Source: Alphaproteobacteria bacterium (GTDB lineage: Bacteria; Pseudomonadota; Alphaproteobacteria; UBA9219; RFNS01). Taken from it: DNA of 64,000 nucleotides. Below, piece by piece: positions 25,844 through 35,682 of this stretch (positions are counted from its first letter, which is position 1; every line of letters begins with the position of its first letter). Below the pieces are notes generated by a model. That model worked only from the letters and a program-made list of their open reading frames with translations. It was not told the origin of the DNA and searched no databases. The translations under genes were made by a program, and so were the position numbers. The stretch spans positions 42,416 to 106,415 of the forward strand of contig JBBCGY010000001.1 in assembly GCA_037200005.1 (NCBI GenBank). The letters run 5' to 3'.

Positions 25844-27031
25844 ATGCGCCATACGGGACATATTCGCCAGCGTTCAGAAGGGAGTTTCGAGCTTCGCTAT
25901 AGCATCGGCACCGATCCGGTCACGGGAAAATGGAAAGTCAAAACCGTCACCGTTAAGGGAACGCGCAAAGCTGCCGAGAAAGAATTGCGCCGCATACTCG
26001 ATGCAATCGATGACAATGATTATGTCGAACCCAATAAAATCACTACCCGTGATTTTTTGACACAATGGCTTGAAACAATGCGTTCCCAGATAACCCCCAA
26101 ATCCTATGAAAGCTACGCTGAAATAGTCGATAACTTCCTTATCCCAACTCTTGGCGGTCATATTCTGGCGAAACTTGCTCCGGCTGTTATCCAAAAAGCC
26201 TACAATGGATGGGAAGCTGGTGGCCGCAGGGATAAAAAGGCGGGCGGGCTGGCGGCGCGTTCCCGTCTCTATATCCACCGCATCCTTAAATCGGCACTCA
26301 AACATGCCGTGCAAATACAGCTAATCGCCCGCAATCCCGCCGACGCGGTTAAAGCGCCGCGCGTCAAGAAAGCCGCCATAACTACATTGACCGTGGATCA
26401 ATCGGCGGCGCTGCTCGATGCCCTGTCCGGCAAGCCGCTTTATTGGCCTGTGTTGCTTGCCCTAACAACGGGCATGCGCCGGGGTGAAATTCTGGCGCTT
26501 CGCTGGAAGAATATCGACTTTGAAAAGAAAACTGTTCGCGTCGTCGAAAGTCTAGAGCAAACCAACACAGGCATTCGCTTCAAGGCTCCGAAAACGGAAC
26601 GGAGTCGTGCCGTCATGTTGCCGGATTATGCCGTTGAAGAACTGCGGAGACTGAAAAAAGAACAGGAGAAAAAATTGTCGGAATCAGGAATCGGCCAAAC
26701 CACTGAAACGCTGGTTTGCGGTCGCTATGACGGCGAACCGCTATGGCCTACCTCACTTACGCATGAATTCGTGAAGGCCATGAAGAAACTGCCGAAACTG
26801 CCGCGCGCCAGATTCCATGATTTGCGCCATTCCCATGCCACGCAACTCCTGACAGCAGGAATCCATCCCAAAATCGCGCAAGAACGGCTGGGACATACCA
26901 CGATTACGACAACCCTAGACCTCTATTCCCATGCGACGGACACCATGCAAGACGAGGCTGCATCAAAGCTCGACAATGCCTTCCGTTCTGCTATAAAGGC
27001 CCGTTCCGACCAAGCGCCACGACTAGGATAA
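25844..27031 (+). CDS. tyrosine-type site-specific recombinase/integrase (phage integrase family)
   Basis: Catalytic region RFHDLRHSHATQLLTAGIHPKIAQERLGHTTITTTLDLYSH (R...HxxR...Y). The most likely start is MRHTGHIRQRSEG rather than the extended ORF from 25691. Confidence 0.9.
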   Translation: MRHTGHIRQRSEGSFELRYSIGTDPVTGKWKVKTVTVKGTRKAAEKELRRILDAIDDNDYVEPNKITTRDFLTQWLETMRSQITPKSYESYAEIVDNFLIPTLGGHILAKLAPAVIQKAYNGWEAGGRRDKKAGGLAARSRLYIHRILKSALKHAVQIQLIARNPADAVKAPRVKKAAITTLTVDQSAALLDALSGKPLYWPVLLALTTGMRRGEILALRWKNIDFEKKTVRVVESLEQTNTGIRFKAPKTERSRAVMLPDYAVEELRRLKKEQEKKLSESGIGQTTETLVCGRYDGEPLWPTSLTHEFVKAMKKLPKLPRARFHDLRHSHATQLLTAGIHPKIAQERLGHTTITTTLDLYSHATDTMQDEAASKLDNAFRSAIKARSDQAPRLG

Positions 27032-27111
27032 ATTGGTTCTGTAGCAATTTCTGTAGCAAAATCGATTTTGCTTCCGGTAGGAATACTCTAAGTGTATGTT
27101 TTTGCTGATGT

Positions 27112-27187
27112 GACCTTGTAGCTCAGCCGGTAGAGCATCTGACTTTTAATCAGGGGGTCGCGGGTTCGAACCCCGCCGAGGTCACCA
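27112..27187 (+). tRNA. tRNA-Lys (anticodon UUU) with encoded CCA
   Basis: Cloverleaf: acceptor gaccttg/cgaggtc; D-arm gctc-agccggta-gagc; anticodon arm tctga-cTTTTaa-tcagg; T-arm gcggg-ttcgaac-cccgc; discriminator a; CCA. Confidence 0.9.
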
Positions 27188-27189
27188 GC

Positions 27190-27250
27190 TATAAACGGAC
27201 TTTTAAGTCCGTTTATAGCTGGTTATGAAGTTGGGTTCGAACCCGCGACA
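27190..27250. repeat. perfect 16-bp-stem hairpin (agctataaacggactt/aagtccgtttatagct) followed by an inverted 17-nt copy of the tRNA T-arm (gtcgcgggttcgaaccc)
   Basis: The revcomp of 27221-27250 contains gtcgcgggttcgaaccc, identical to tRNA positions 48-64. This is a possible att remnant or degenerate tRNA fragment. Confidence 0.45.
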
Positions 27251-27360
27251 AAATAACAGTCGGGTTCACTTCCTGCCCAAGAGGCAGGAAGCCACGCGGC
27301 AAAAAATCCAATAAAACACTTCGCGTACAACCCCGCCACAGCGCCGCCATACACGAGGCT

Positions 27361-28557
27361 CTAACCCCGCCCATAACCCGCGCAGAATTCGACGAGCGAT
27401 TCCAAATTCATCGGCCTGGCGATAAAATATCCCTGAGCGAGATCGCATCCCATGCCCTTCACGGTCTCCCAGTCTTTCTCAGTTTCGATTCCTTCCGCGA
27501 CGCATTGGATCTCCAGCTGATGCGCCATCTCAATGCTGGATTTTACGATGATGCCCAATGCGTTGTTGTCGGCGCAGTCTCTGATGAAGGACTGGTCGAT
27601 TTTCAGTTCTCTGAAATCGATGCGCATCATCTGCTGGATATTGGAAAATCCCGTGCCGTAATCGTCGATGGAAAGCGGAAAGCCGTGCATCCTCAGCCTG
27701 GCCAGATTTTCCAGGGAATGCGCGACATTCAGCATGGCCGCGGACTCGGTGATCTCGAACATGACGAGATTCGGATTGATGCCCGCATCGCGCACGACCC
27801 GCAGGATTTTATCCGCGAGATCGGGATTGTCCAGGAGACTGGGGGATAGATTGACGGAGACGGAAAGCGGATGGCCGTTGTCGTGCAGAAGCCGGCAAGC
27901 GGCGATGGATTTTTCCATAATGAGGTAGGTCAGCTTCTCGATATTATCGCTTTTCTCGAGCGGCTCGATGAAGGCGTAGGGGGAGATGACGCCATGTTCG
28001 GGGTGAATCCACCGGGCGAGCGCCTCCGCGCCATGCACGATGCCGGTCTTAAACCCGACCTTGGGCTGATAGAAAGGCTCGAACTGCTTCTGCTCTATGC
28101 CGTTCAGAATATCCTCGATGGTAAAATCAGGCGTCGCCGCCTGCCTGGACGTCCTGGACTGGAGGGCGCGATGCCGTGAAATAAAGGCTTCGATATGCAA
28201 CGGCGAAAGAGGCTTCTGTATCGCTCCCAGCAGCCTGACATTATAGGCGGCGGCCATTTTCTTCACCGTCCCGATGAGGGCGCCGTCGTGCGAGCTTATG
28301 ATGACGACGGAAACGTCCGGATGATTCTTCCCCAAATGGCGGAGAAATTCCATGCCGTCCATTCCGGGCATATTGAGATCGCAAAGAACGATATCGATCG
28401 AATTTCCGTCCTGGCGCCGGAGTATCTCCAGCGCCATTTTGCCGTCGGATGCTTCCAATACCGGCTTGGAGCTATGCGGGCGCAGCATATTCGCCGTCGT
28501 CAGCCGCAAGAAATCGTCATCGTCCAGCACCAGGAAATTCAACTCATCTTTGCTCAT
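27361..28557 (-). CDS. response regulator with EAL (c-di-GMP phosphodiesterase) domain
   Basis: N-terminal REC (LVLDDDDFLR...DLNMPGMDG). EAL signature EITESAAM...IDDYGTGFSN...KIDQSFI. Confidence 0.85.
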   Translation of the reverse strand: MSKDELNFLVLDDDDFLRLTTANMLRPHSSKPVLEASDGKMALEILRRQDGNSIDIVLCDLNMPGMDGMEFLRHLGKNHPDVSVVIISSHDGALIGTVKKMAAAYNVRLLGAIQKPLSPLHIEAFISRHRALQSRTSRQAATPDFTIEDILNGIEQKQFEPFYQPKVGFKTGIVHGAEALARWIHPEHGVISPYAFIEPLEKSDNIEKLTYLIMEKSIAACRLLHDNGHPLSVSVNLSPSLLDNPDLADKILRVVRDAGINPNLVMFEITESAAMLNVAHSLENLARLRMHGFPLSIDDYGTGFSNIQQMMRIDFRELKIDQSFIRDCADNNALGIIVKSSIEMAHQLEIQCVAEGIETEKDWETVKGMGCDLAQGYFIARPMNLESLVEFCAGYGRG

Positions 28558-29338
28558 GGGCCGCCTTCCTATGCATCACGGTCGGACAGTTGGTATAGTA
28601 ATATTCGAGCTTCTCGGGAGAAAAATTCTTGGCGACGAAGCCCTTGGCGCCGAGATTCTTAGCGGTCAGGACATTATCCTTCACGCTGTCGCTGCTGATA
28701 ATAATAACATAAGCGCTGGGGTCGAAGCTAAGAATCTCGGATAACGCTTCCATGCCCGAGCCTCCAGGCAGATGAATATCGAGAAAAAGTATGTCGGGGA
28801 GCATACTTAAGTATGTTTCCACGAGGCCGTCGATGCCGCCCACTTCGACGACATGTATTTTGGGATGGAAAACCCTGGCGATCAGCGACCTGACGAACAT
28901 ATCGTCCTCGACCACCATGACGATGTCGCGCGCCCTTTCCATTCTCGCCGTGAGCAAAGGAGGCGTGTCCGATTTTTCCTTCATGGCGTCCTGAAGCCGA
29001 AGCTGGAGCCTGGGCAGCCCTCCCATGGCGGCGGGCATCGCCTCGACGGAACAGCTATATTGCGGCATTGTCTTTTCAATATCCGAGCACAGGCCGTCAG
29101 GATCCGTTTGCGGCCCCATATTGACGAGCGCCAGAATCTCCCGGCCGGCGCATACGAAAATAACCCCATCGATGCCGCGAAAGTACTCGCGCAACTTCCA
29201 TGCTATATGGGGCGCGTTATGCGTGGTCTTCCCTGTCAGGGAGACGGCGACGAATTGCCACGCGTTTATATCTTTTTTGACTTTGGCGGCGAATTGTAAG
29301 AGCTTCGCATGATCATAGGAAGGCAGAAACTCCATCAT
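28544..29338 (-). CDS. response regulator receiver protein with uncharacterized ~130-aa N-terminal domain
   Basis: C-terminal REC domain (IVMVVEDDMFVRS...LFLDIHLPGGSG...AKGFVAKNF). Overlaps the EAL gene by 14 bp. Confidence 0.7.
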   Translation of the reverse strand: MMEFLPSYDHAKLLQFAAKVKKDINAWQFVAVSLTGKTTHNAPHIAWKLREYFRGIDGVIFVCAGREILALVNMGPQTDPDGLCSDIEKTMPQYSCSVEAMPAAMGGLPRLQLRLQDAMKEKSDTPPLLTARMERARDIVMVVEDDMFVRSLIARVFHPKIHVVEVGGIDGLVETYLSMLPDILFLDIHLPGGSGMEALSEILSFDPSAYVIIISSDSVKDNVLTAKNLGAKGFVAKNFSPEKLEYYYTNCPTVMHRKAAHEQR

Positions 29339-29346
29339 CTTCTCCC

Positions 29347-31860
29347 ATGCCGCATAAGGTGGCCTTATGCATAAGGAATGAAACCGTGGCCGAGCCGTAT
29401 AATGAACAATTTTTGACTAAACTCCACCTGTTTGTCAAAGCCGCAAGCGTAGCCATTATTCTGGGCGGCTGCGCCTCTATTGCCGGGTGGCAATTCGATA
29501 TTGCCGCGCTGCGGAGCCTCGGGCCGGGCTTCACGGCGATGAATCCCGGCTCGACGGCGATCGGCTTTTTGCTGACGGGCTGGGCGCTATGGGGCCGGCA
29601 GGCGGGAGTGCCTCACCGTCTAAAATATCAGGCTCATATATGCGCTTTCGGCATTCTGGCGATCGCTATCTGCTGGATCGTCGTCCGATGGCTCGGCTGC
29701 GATTGCGGCATGGACCAGATGCTGTATCGGGATAAGCTTCACATGGAAGCTCTGCTCACCGGCCGTCCCAACCGCATGGCGCCGAACACGGCGGCGACGT
29801 TTCTTCTTGCCGGGCTTGCGCTGCTGTTTCTCGACGTCAAATACCGCCGCATACGCATATGGCCGGCGCAGTTTCTCGCCGTAGGCGTCATATTAAGCTC
29901 CCTGCTGACACTTATCGGCTATTTATACAACTCGATCTCCTTGATCGGCTTCAAGAATTTTACGCCCATGGCGCCCAATACGGCCACCTTGTTCCTGCTG
30001 ACGGGCGGCGCGATTCTATGCCTGCGTCCCAAACGCGGCCTGATGGCCATTATAAGCGGCGCAGGCGCGGGCGGCATGCAAGCGCGCCGCCTGCTGCCTT
30101 TGATCGTCGCGATCCCCGCCAGCGTCGGCTTGATAGAAGAACACGCCCAGTCGGCGGGCCTGCTGGATCAAGCCCTCCTGCTGCCGGTTTTCGCGCTGAC
30201 CAATATCGTCGCCCTTGCGGCATTGATCTGGTGGGGCTCGGCTTCCGTAGGAAAATTGGATCGCCAGAGGCGGCACGCCGAGGAGGATCTGCAAAAAGAA
30301 AAAGCCGCTTCCGACAAAGCCAATCAGGCCAAATCCGAATTCCTGGCCAATATGTCGCATGAGCTGAGAACGCCGCTCAACAGCATCATCGGCCTGAACC
30401 GGATGCTTTACGAAGATAAAACCCTCGATGCCGAGCATAAGGAAATGGTCGGCATTTCCTTCCGGGCGGCCACCAATCTGCTGAACATCGTCAATGATAT
30501 TCTCGATTTATCGAAGATCGAGGCCGGAGCCCTGGAACTCGAAAAGATCATCTTCTCGCCGGAAGAAGTGGCCAACAACATCATGGAGGTATTCCTTCCT
30601 CTATGCAGTCAGAAGGGCCTGGCGCTGACGTGCGATTTCGCCACCGGCACCGCGCCTTATCTCGTCGGCGATCCGCTCCGGCTGGGGCGCATCATGCTCA
30701 ACCTGGTCAGCAATGCCGTCAAATACACCGAGAAGGGATCGATCAAGATCGATATCTCGTTTTCTCCCGCCGGTCCGGATTACCTGACGATGGATTGCGG
30801 CGTCACGGACACGGGTATCGGGATACCGGCGGACAGGCTGGACCGCATCTTCGACAAATTCATGCAGGCGGATTCTTCCATCACGCGCAAATATGGCGGC
30901 ACCGGGCTTGGCCTGAATATCGCCCAGCATTTGACCGCGCAGATGGGAGGGCAGATGGGCGTGGAGAGCGCCGAAGGCGTAGGGTCGCGTTTTTGGTTCA
31001 GAATTCCGTTCCCGACTTCGGAAATCAGGCCCATGCTCGATAAAAGAATCTTCCAGGGCCAGCATCCGGACAGGCTGCCCGAAGAACGGCGGAAAAGAAT
31101 GGAGGATATCAGCATTCTGGTCGGGGAGGACCATCTGCTGAATCAGGAATATGTGACAAGGCTTCTGGCCAGAATGGGCCTCGGCAACCATCATATCGTG
31201 GACAGCGGGAAAATGATCCTGGAGGCCCTGGACCGGAAATCATACGATCTCATCCTGATGGATTGCCACATGCCCCTCCTGAGCGGATATGAGGCGACGA
31301 AGGCGATCCGGCTCAAGGAAAAAGAAACCGAGAACCATGTTCCCATCATCGCCATGACGGCGGACGCCATGCCCGGAACGCGGGAACGGTGCCTGATCTC
31401 GGGCATGGATGATTATATCAGCAAGCCGATCAATCCCGACGAACTGCGTCATATCATGAGCCGGTGGGTGACGTTCGCGGACGATGATAGCGCGGACGGC
31501 CCCCATGAAGCCGCGGCGGCGCTCGGCGGCGCATTCGGTCTTCCCACCTTGATGGCTTTCGCGAAAAGCGACGACGATCTGCGGCGGCTGCAGGAAGTGT
31601 TCGTGCGGCAGTCGGAGCACACCCTCGAAGGCTTGCGCAATAATCGCAGCGACGGAGAGAATGCGGCATGGGTCGAAGCGGCGCATAAATTAATGGGAAG
31701 CGCGACGGCGGCAAAGGCGGAAAAACTAAGGGCCGCGTGCGAACGGGCGCAAGAAATGGCAAACGCCGCCGCCATTCAGCGCCAGGCGATCTTCGATGAG
31801 ATTTGCGCGGCCTATGACGAAGTCAAGAAAATCCTTCTGGAAGAAAAATGGCATGGCTGA
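29347..31860 (+). CDS. hybrid sensor histidine kinase (multi-TM sensor, HisKA, HATPase_c, REC, C-terminal HPt-like)
   Basis: H-box MSHELRTPLNSIIGL. G-box GGTGLGLNIAQ. Receiver DLILMDCHMPLLSGY. At least 8 N-terminal TM helices. The true start may lie downstream of 29347. Confidence 0.85.
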   Translation: MPHKVALCIRNETVAEPYNEQFLTKLHLFVKAASVAIILGGCASIAGWQFDIAALRSLGPGFTAMNPGSTAIGFLLTGWALWGRQAGVPHRLKYQAHICAFGILAIAICWIVVRWLGCDCGMDQMLYRDKLHMEALLTGRPNRMAPNTAATFLLAGLALLFLDVKYRRIRIWPAQFLAVGVILSSLLTLIGYLYNSISLIGFKNFTPMAPNTATLFLLTGGAILCLRPKRGLMAIISGAGAGGMQARRLLPLIVAIPASVGLIEEHAQSAGLLDQALLLPVFALTNIVALAALIWWGSASVGKLDRQRRHAEEDLQKEKAASDKANQAKSEFLANMSHELRTPLNSIIGLNRMLYEDKTLDAEHKEMVGISFRAATNLLNIVNDILDLSKIEAGALELEKIIFSPEEVANNIMEVFLPLCSQKGLALTCDFATGTAPYLVGDPLRLGRIMLNLVSNAVKYTEKGSIKIDISFSPAGPDYLTMDCGVTDTGIGIPADRLDRIFDKFMQADSSITRKYGGTGLGLNIAQHLTAQMGGQMGVESAEGVGSRFWFRIPFPTSEIRPMLDKRIFQGQHPDRLPEERRKRMEDISILVGEDHLLNQEYVTRLLARMGLGNHHIVDSGKMILEALDRKSYDLILMDCHMPLLSGYEATKAIRLKEKETENHVPIIAMTADAMPGTRERCLISGMDDYISKPINPDELRHIMSRWVTFADDDSADGPHEAAAALGGAFGLPTLMAFAKSDDDLRRLQEVFVRQSEHTLEGLRNNRSDGENAAWVEAAHKLMGSATAAKAEKLRAACERAQEMANAAAIQRQAIFDEICAAYDEVKKILLEEKWHG

Positions 31861-31961
31861 TGACGGCCCGCGGAAAGTCGCGGCCGGGCGCATCGCCGTC
31901 TTGAATTCTTCACAATTCCATGCGTCAATGATGGCATCATTTTTTTCAGACGGGGTGCGTC

Positions 31962-32405
31962 ATGATGCGTCATTTATTCTTGGGACTTGGCCTTATGCTG
32001 CTCTCGGACTGCGCGGCGGCCGATACGATGGCTGAGGGGATGGCCAATGGGATGGAAAGCCCATCCTGGCAGGGAGCGATAGCGGCGCATGCGGATGTGT
32101 CCGATTTCGCCGTCGCCATAGACGAAAATTCATGGCGGGAATTATGGCAGCGGATCGGACAGCCCGCCCCTTCTCCCTTGCCGGAAGGCCAAATGGCGGT
32201 CGCGGTTTTCCTGGGACAGAAGCGAAGCGGGGGCTATAAAGCCGAAATCGTCGGGGTGCAGGAGCATGAGAGCAACCTGACCGTTTCTTACCGCGAGCAT
32301 CGCCCCCGCCTCGGCGCCATGGTGACGCAGGTGATCACGTCGCCCTATGCGGTGACGCTTCTGCCGCTCACGACACTGCCGGTCAAATTCGAAAAGGCCG
32401 ATTAG
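31962..32405 (+). CDS. secreted hypothetical protein (147 aa)
   Basis: Signal peptide MMRHLFLGLGLMLLSDCAAA. No confident family assignment. Confidence 0.5.
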   Translation: MMRHLFLGLGLMLLSDCAAADTMAEGMANGMESPSWQGAIAAHADVSDFAVAIDENSWRELWQRIGQPAPSPLPEGQMAVAVFLGQKRSGGYKAEIVGVQEHESNLTVSYREHRPRLGAMVTQVITSPYAVTLLPLTTLPVKFEKAD

Positions 32406-33733
32406 CCGGCAGCGGCAGGGGCCTCAGGGGCTTCTTTCCGCGCCATGATCGCCGTGAAGAATCCGTCCGTGCCGTGCTGGGCCGGGGTCAGACGCATGAC
32501 ATCCCCTTCGCACGGCGGCGGCGCCGAGGCGACTTCGCGCCAGACCTCGCTATAGGGCATAAGCGTGAAATCCTCATGCGCGGCGAGAAATGTTTCCACC
32601 TGCTGCTGATTTTCTTCCGCGAGTAATGAGCATGTCGCATAAATCAGCCGCCCGCCCGGCTTGACCAGCCGCGCGGCGCTGGCGAGAATCCGCGCCTGAA
32701 GCGGCAGAAGCTCGGCAAGTCCTGGGCCTAGCTTTTTCCAGCGCGCGTCGGGATTGCGCCGCCAGGTGCCCGTGCCGGAACAGGGCGCGTCGGCCAGCAC
32801 GCGGTCGAACGCGCCTTTCTGCCGCTTGACCCAAGGATCGGATTCCGCCGCCAGAGTCCGGGTTTCGATATTATGCAGCCCGGCGCGGCGGAACCGTTCT
32901 GTCGCCCGTTCCAGGCGCTTGCCGAGAACGTCGCAGGCCGAGACGCGCCCCTTATTCGCCATCGCCGCCGCCATGGCCAGGGTTTTGCCGCCCGCTCCGG
33001 CGCAGAAATCGGCGACGCGCATGCCCGGACGGGCGTCGGCCAGCAGCGCGGCGAGCTGCGAGCCTTCATCCTGAATCTCCACCCTGCCTTCCTTGAAGGC
33101 CGCGAGCGTCGGCAGCGCGGCGCGCGCGCCGAGCCGCAGCCCGTAAGGCGCATAGCGGCTTGGCTTGGCCGAAAGCCCGGCTTCCGCAAGCTCGCGGATA
33201 ACGTCGTCGCGGTTTGCCTTGACCTGATTGACCCGCAGGTCGAACGGCGCGGGCGCGCATAGCGCCTCGAGCTCTTCTTCGCATCGCGCGCCGAACTGCG
33301 CCTCGAACAGCGGCCATAAATCTTCGGGACATTCCACGCGGACATGGACGGGCATGCGGGGATGCAGAAGGTCATGCCCCTTGAGCTTGCCGAGAAATTT
33401 TTCCTCCTCCATGCCGAGCATGTCGGGCGCGAATCGCGCGCCGGAAAAATAGGCGGCGGTCGGCGCTTCCTTCTCGTCCAGCACCAATCGCAGATACGCA
33501 ATCGTCAGCAGGCGCGGCGACGGCGAAGCCCCGTAATGCCCGCACCACCAGGAAAGCCGCGCCCTGTGGCGCAGGATGCCGTAAGCGGTCTCCGCGACCG
33601 AGGTGCGGTCTTTCGCGCCGATATAGCGATGGCCGCGGAAATACGCGGATATCAGCGCGTCGGCGGGCCGCGCCTCCTGCTCGATCATGCCGAGAATATC
33701 GATGACGGCTTGCAGCCGCGCGGCGGGGCTCAT
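32402..33733 (-). CDS. rsmB: 16S rRNA (cytosine-C5)-methyltransferase RsmB/Sun family
   Basis: AdoMet motif DFCAGAGGKT. Catalytic DAPCSGTGTWRRNPD. N-terminal NusB-like region. Confidence 0.85.
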   Translation of the reverse strand: MSPAARLQAVIDILGMIEQEARPADALISAYFRGHRYIGAKDRTSVAETAYGILRHRARLSWWCGHYGASPSPRLLTIAYLRLVLDEKEAPTAAYFSGARFAPDMLGMEEEKFLGKLKGHDLLHPRMPVHVRVECPEDLWPLFEAQFGARCEEELEALCAPAPFDLRVNQVKANRDDVIRELAEAGLSAKPSRYAPYGLRLGARAALPTLAAFKEGRVEIQDEGSQLAALLADARPGMRVADFCAGAGGKTLAMAAAMANKGRVSACDVLGKRLERATERFRRAGLHNIETRTLAAESDPWVKRQKGAFDRVLADAPCSGTGTWRRNPDARWKKLGPGLAELLPLQARILASAARLVKPGGRLIYATCSLLAEENQQQVETFLAAHEDFTLMPYSEVWREVASAPPPCEGDVMRLTPAQHGTDGFFTAIMARKEAPEAPAAAG

Positions 33734-34959
33734 GGCTCACCTATAAGACGCCGCGCCTCGGCCAGGCAAGCATCGCGCTCCGCCTTGAAACCGCCCGCGA
33801 TCCACCAATCCTCGATCTCGCGCATCATGACGCCGAGGCGCGGCGACGACGCAAGACCAAGCTTCAAGAAATCCTCGCCGGTCAGAGGAAAGCGCGGCGC
33901 GTTCCACGCAGCGGCAGCCGCCAGCAATTCCGGCAATAGGGGCGGCAGGCCGTCCGCTGCCGCCTGCAGCAGCAGCCGCGCCTTGCCGTAAGGTGCGCCG
34001 TAACGGTACAGCGCCTTGTTAAACGCCTTGCGGTCGGGCGCGGCGGCGCGCGCCGGATCGAGCAGATCGAGAATATCGCGCATCTCGCGGTTCGGCAGGC
34101 GCAGCGCGGCATGCAGCACCGGCTCGAGCTGCCTGTCCTCGCGCAGCAGCGCCGCGAAACGCAGTGCGAAACCGGCATCGGGCGCAAGGGACAGCAAGCG
34201 CCCCAGCCGCTCAAGATCGAGATCGAGCGGCAGGACTTCCGCCAGCACGCCGTGTTTTTTCATCAAGGCGAGCGCGGACGCGGGATCGGGCGCGAGCAAC
34301 AATTTCCGCCATTCCTGCGTGATCCGTTCGCGCGAAAGCTGGACCATGCCGCCCGCAGCTTCGGCGCAGGCGGCAAGCGCCGCCTCATCGGCTTTGGCGC
34401 GCCCGTACCAGGCATGAAAGCGGAAGAACCTTAAAATCCGCAGATAATCCTCGGCGATTCTTTCCTCGGCACGGCCGATGAACCGCACGCGCCCGGCGCG
34501 CAAATCCTCCAGCCCGCAATGATAGTCATAAACGCGGCCCTCGGAATCGGCATAAAGCGCGTTCATCGTAAAATCGCGCCGCGCCGCGTCTTCGGCCCAT
34601 TCGTCGGTATAGGCGACTTCGGCATGGCGGCCGTCGGTTTCCACGTCGCGGCGCAGGCTGGTGATCTCGTAGCCCCTGCCCTTGACCACCGCCGTGACGG
34701 TGCCGTGCGCGAAGCCGGTGCGGACCACCTTGATCCCCGCCTGCAGCAAAAGCGCCTCGGCGATTTCGGGCGGACGGTTTACGGCGAGATCGACCTCCCC
34801 CACCAGCCTGCCCAGAAACATATCCCGCACCGCGCCGCCGACGGCCCGCGCCTCGGCTCCCGCCGCCGCGAAGATGGTGAAAATCGCGCGCAGGCTTTTA
34901 TCGCGCAGCCATGGTTGCTGCGCGGCGTCGATGGCCGTCGCGGGTTGTCCTGTATTCAT
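33730..34959 (-). CDS. cca: CCA tRNA nucleotidyltransferase / poly(A) polymerase family
   Basis: GGAVRD and RRDFTMNA motifs of class II nucleotidyltransferases. The 4-bp overlap with rsmB makes this an operon. Confidence 0.8.
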   Translation of the reverse strand: MNTGQPATAIDAAQQPWLRDKSLRAIFTIFAAAGAEARAVGGAVRDMFLGRLVGEVDLAVNRPPEIAEALLLQAGIKVVRTGFAHGTVTAVVKGRGYEITSLRRDVETDGRHAEVAYTDEWAEDAARRDFTMNALYADSEGRVYDYHCGLEDLRAGRVRFIGRAEERIAEDYLRILRFFRFHAWYGRAKADEAALAACAEAAGGMVQLSRERITQEWRKLLLAPDPASALALMKKHGVLAEVLPLDLDLERLGRLLSLAPDAGFALRFAALLREDRQLEPVLHAALRLPNREMRDILDLLDPARAAAPDRKAFNKALYRYGAPYGKARLLLQAAADGLPPLLPELLAAAAAWNAPRFPLTGEDFLKLGLASSPRLGVMMREIEDWWIAGGFKAERDACLAEARRLIGEP

Positions 34960-35007
34960 GTGACGAGGGTTATAGAACAGATTGCGCGGCGGGGGAACTT
35001 CCGAAAA

Positions 35008-35682
35008 TTACATGGTTCCGAACATGCGGTCCCCGGCATCGCCGATGCCGGGAACGATATAGGCGTTCTCGTTGAGCCGGTCGTCGAGGGCGGCGCAATA
35101 GACCCTGATCGCGGGATGCTTGGCGAAAAAGGCGCGCAGGCCTTCCGGCGCGGCGATCAAGGCCATGACGCGGATTTTTTCCGGCGCGATGCCCTGCTTG
35201 AGGACGAGATCGCAGGCATGAATCAGCGAGTTGCCGGTCGCCAGCATCGGGTCGACGACGAAAAACATCTGCCCCCTGTCCTTGGGCAGACGCACCAGAT
35301 ATTCGACGGGCATTTTGGTGTCGTGGTCGCGATACACGCCGATATGCCCCACCTGAGCGGTCGGCATCAGGTCGAGCAGGCTTTCCGCCATGACGAGGCC
35401 GGCGCGCAGCACCGGCACGATGCAGGGTGGCGGCCCGGCCAGCGCCGGCGCCATCATCTCGGCGAGCGGCGTTTTGATGGGACGCTTGGTGGTCTCGAGG
35501 CCGCGCGTCACTTCATAGCCGACCAAAAGCGAGATTTCGCGCAATAAGGTGCGGAAGCCGTAAGCCTCGCGCGACACTTCGCGCATCTGCGTCAGTTTAT
35601 GCTGGATAAGGGGATGATCGACGATGAAGAAATTGGGGTACTCGCTGACCTTTTGCATCGCTTCTATTCCCCAAAGACCCAA
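35008..35682 (-). CDS. upp: uracil phosphoribosyltransferase
   Basis: Typical Upp length (224 aa) and start (NFFIVDHPLIQHKLTQMR), with a C-terminal PRPP-binding region (YIVPGIGDAGDRMFGT). Confidence 0.9.
   Translation of the reverse strand: MGLWGIEAMQKVSEYPNFFIVDHPLIQHKLTQMREVSREAYGFRTLLREISLLVGYEVTRGLETTKRPIKTPLAEMMAPALAGPPPCIVPVLRAGLVMAESLLDLMPTAQVGHIGVYRDHDTKMPVEYLVRLPKDRGQMFFVVDPMLATGNSLIHACDLVLKQGIAPEKIRVMALIAAPEGLRAFFAKHPAIRVYCAALDDRLNENAYIVPGIGDAGDRMFGTM

Noticed and set aside
27221-27250. Second tRNA gene on the minus strand
   Set aside because: Only the T-arm (17 nt) matches. No acceptor, D or anticodon arms can be folded. Treated as a fragment or att remnant.
34519-35547. 342-aa plus-strand ORF spanning the cca/upp boundary
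   Set aside because: Antisense to two well-supported housekeeping genes. No motifs.
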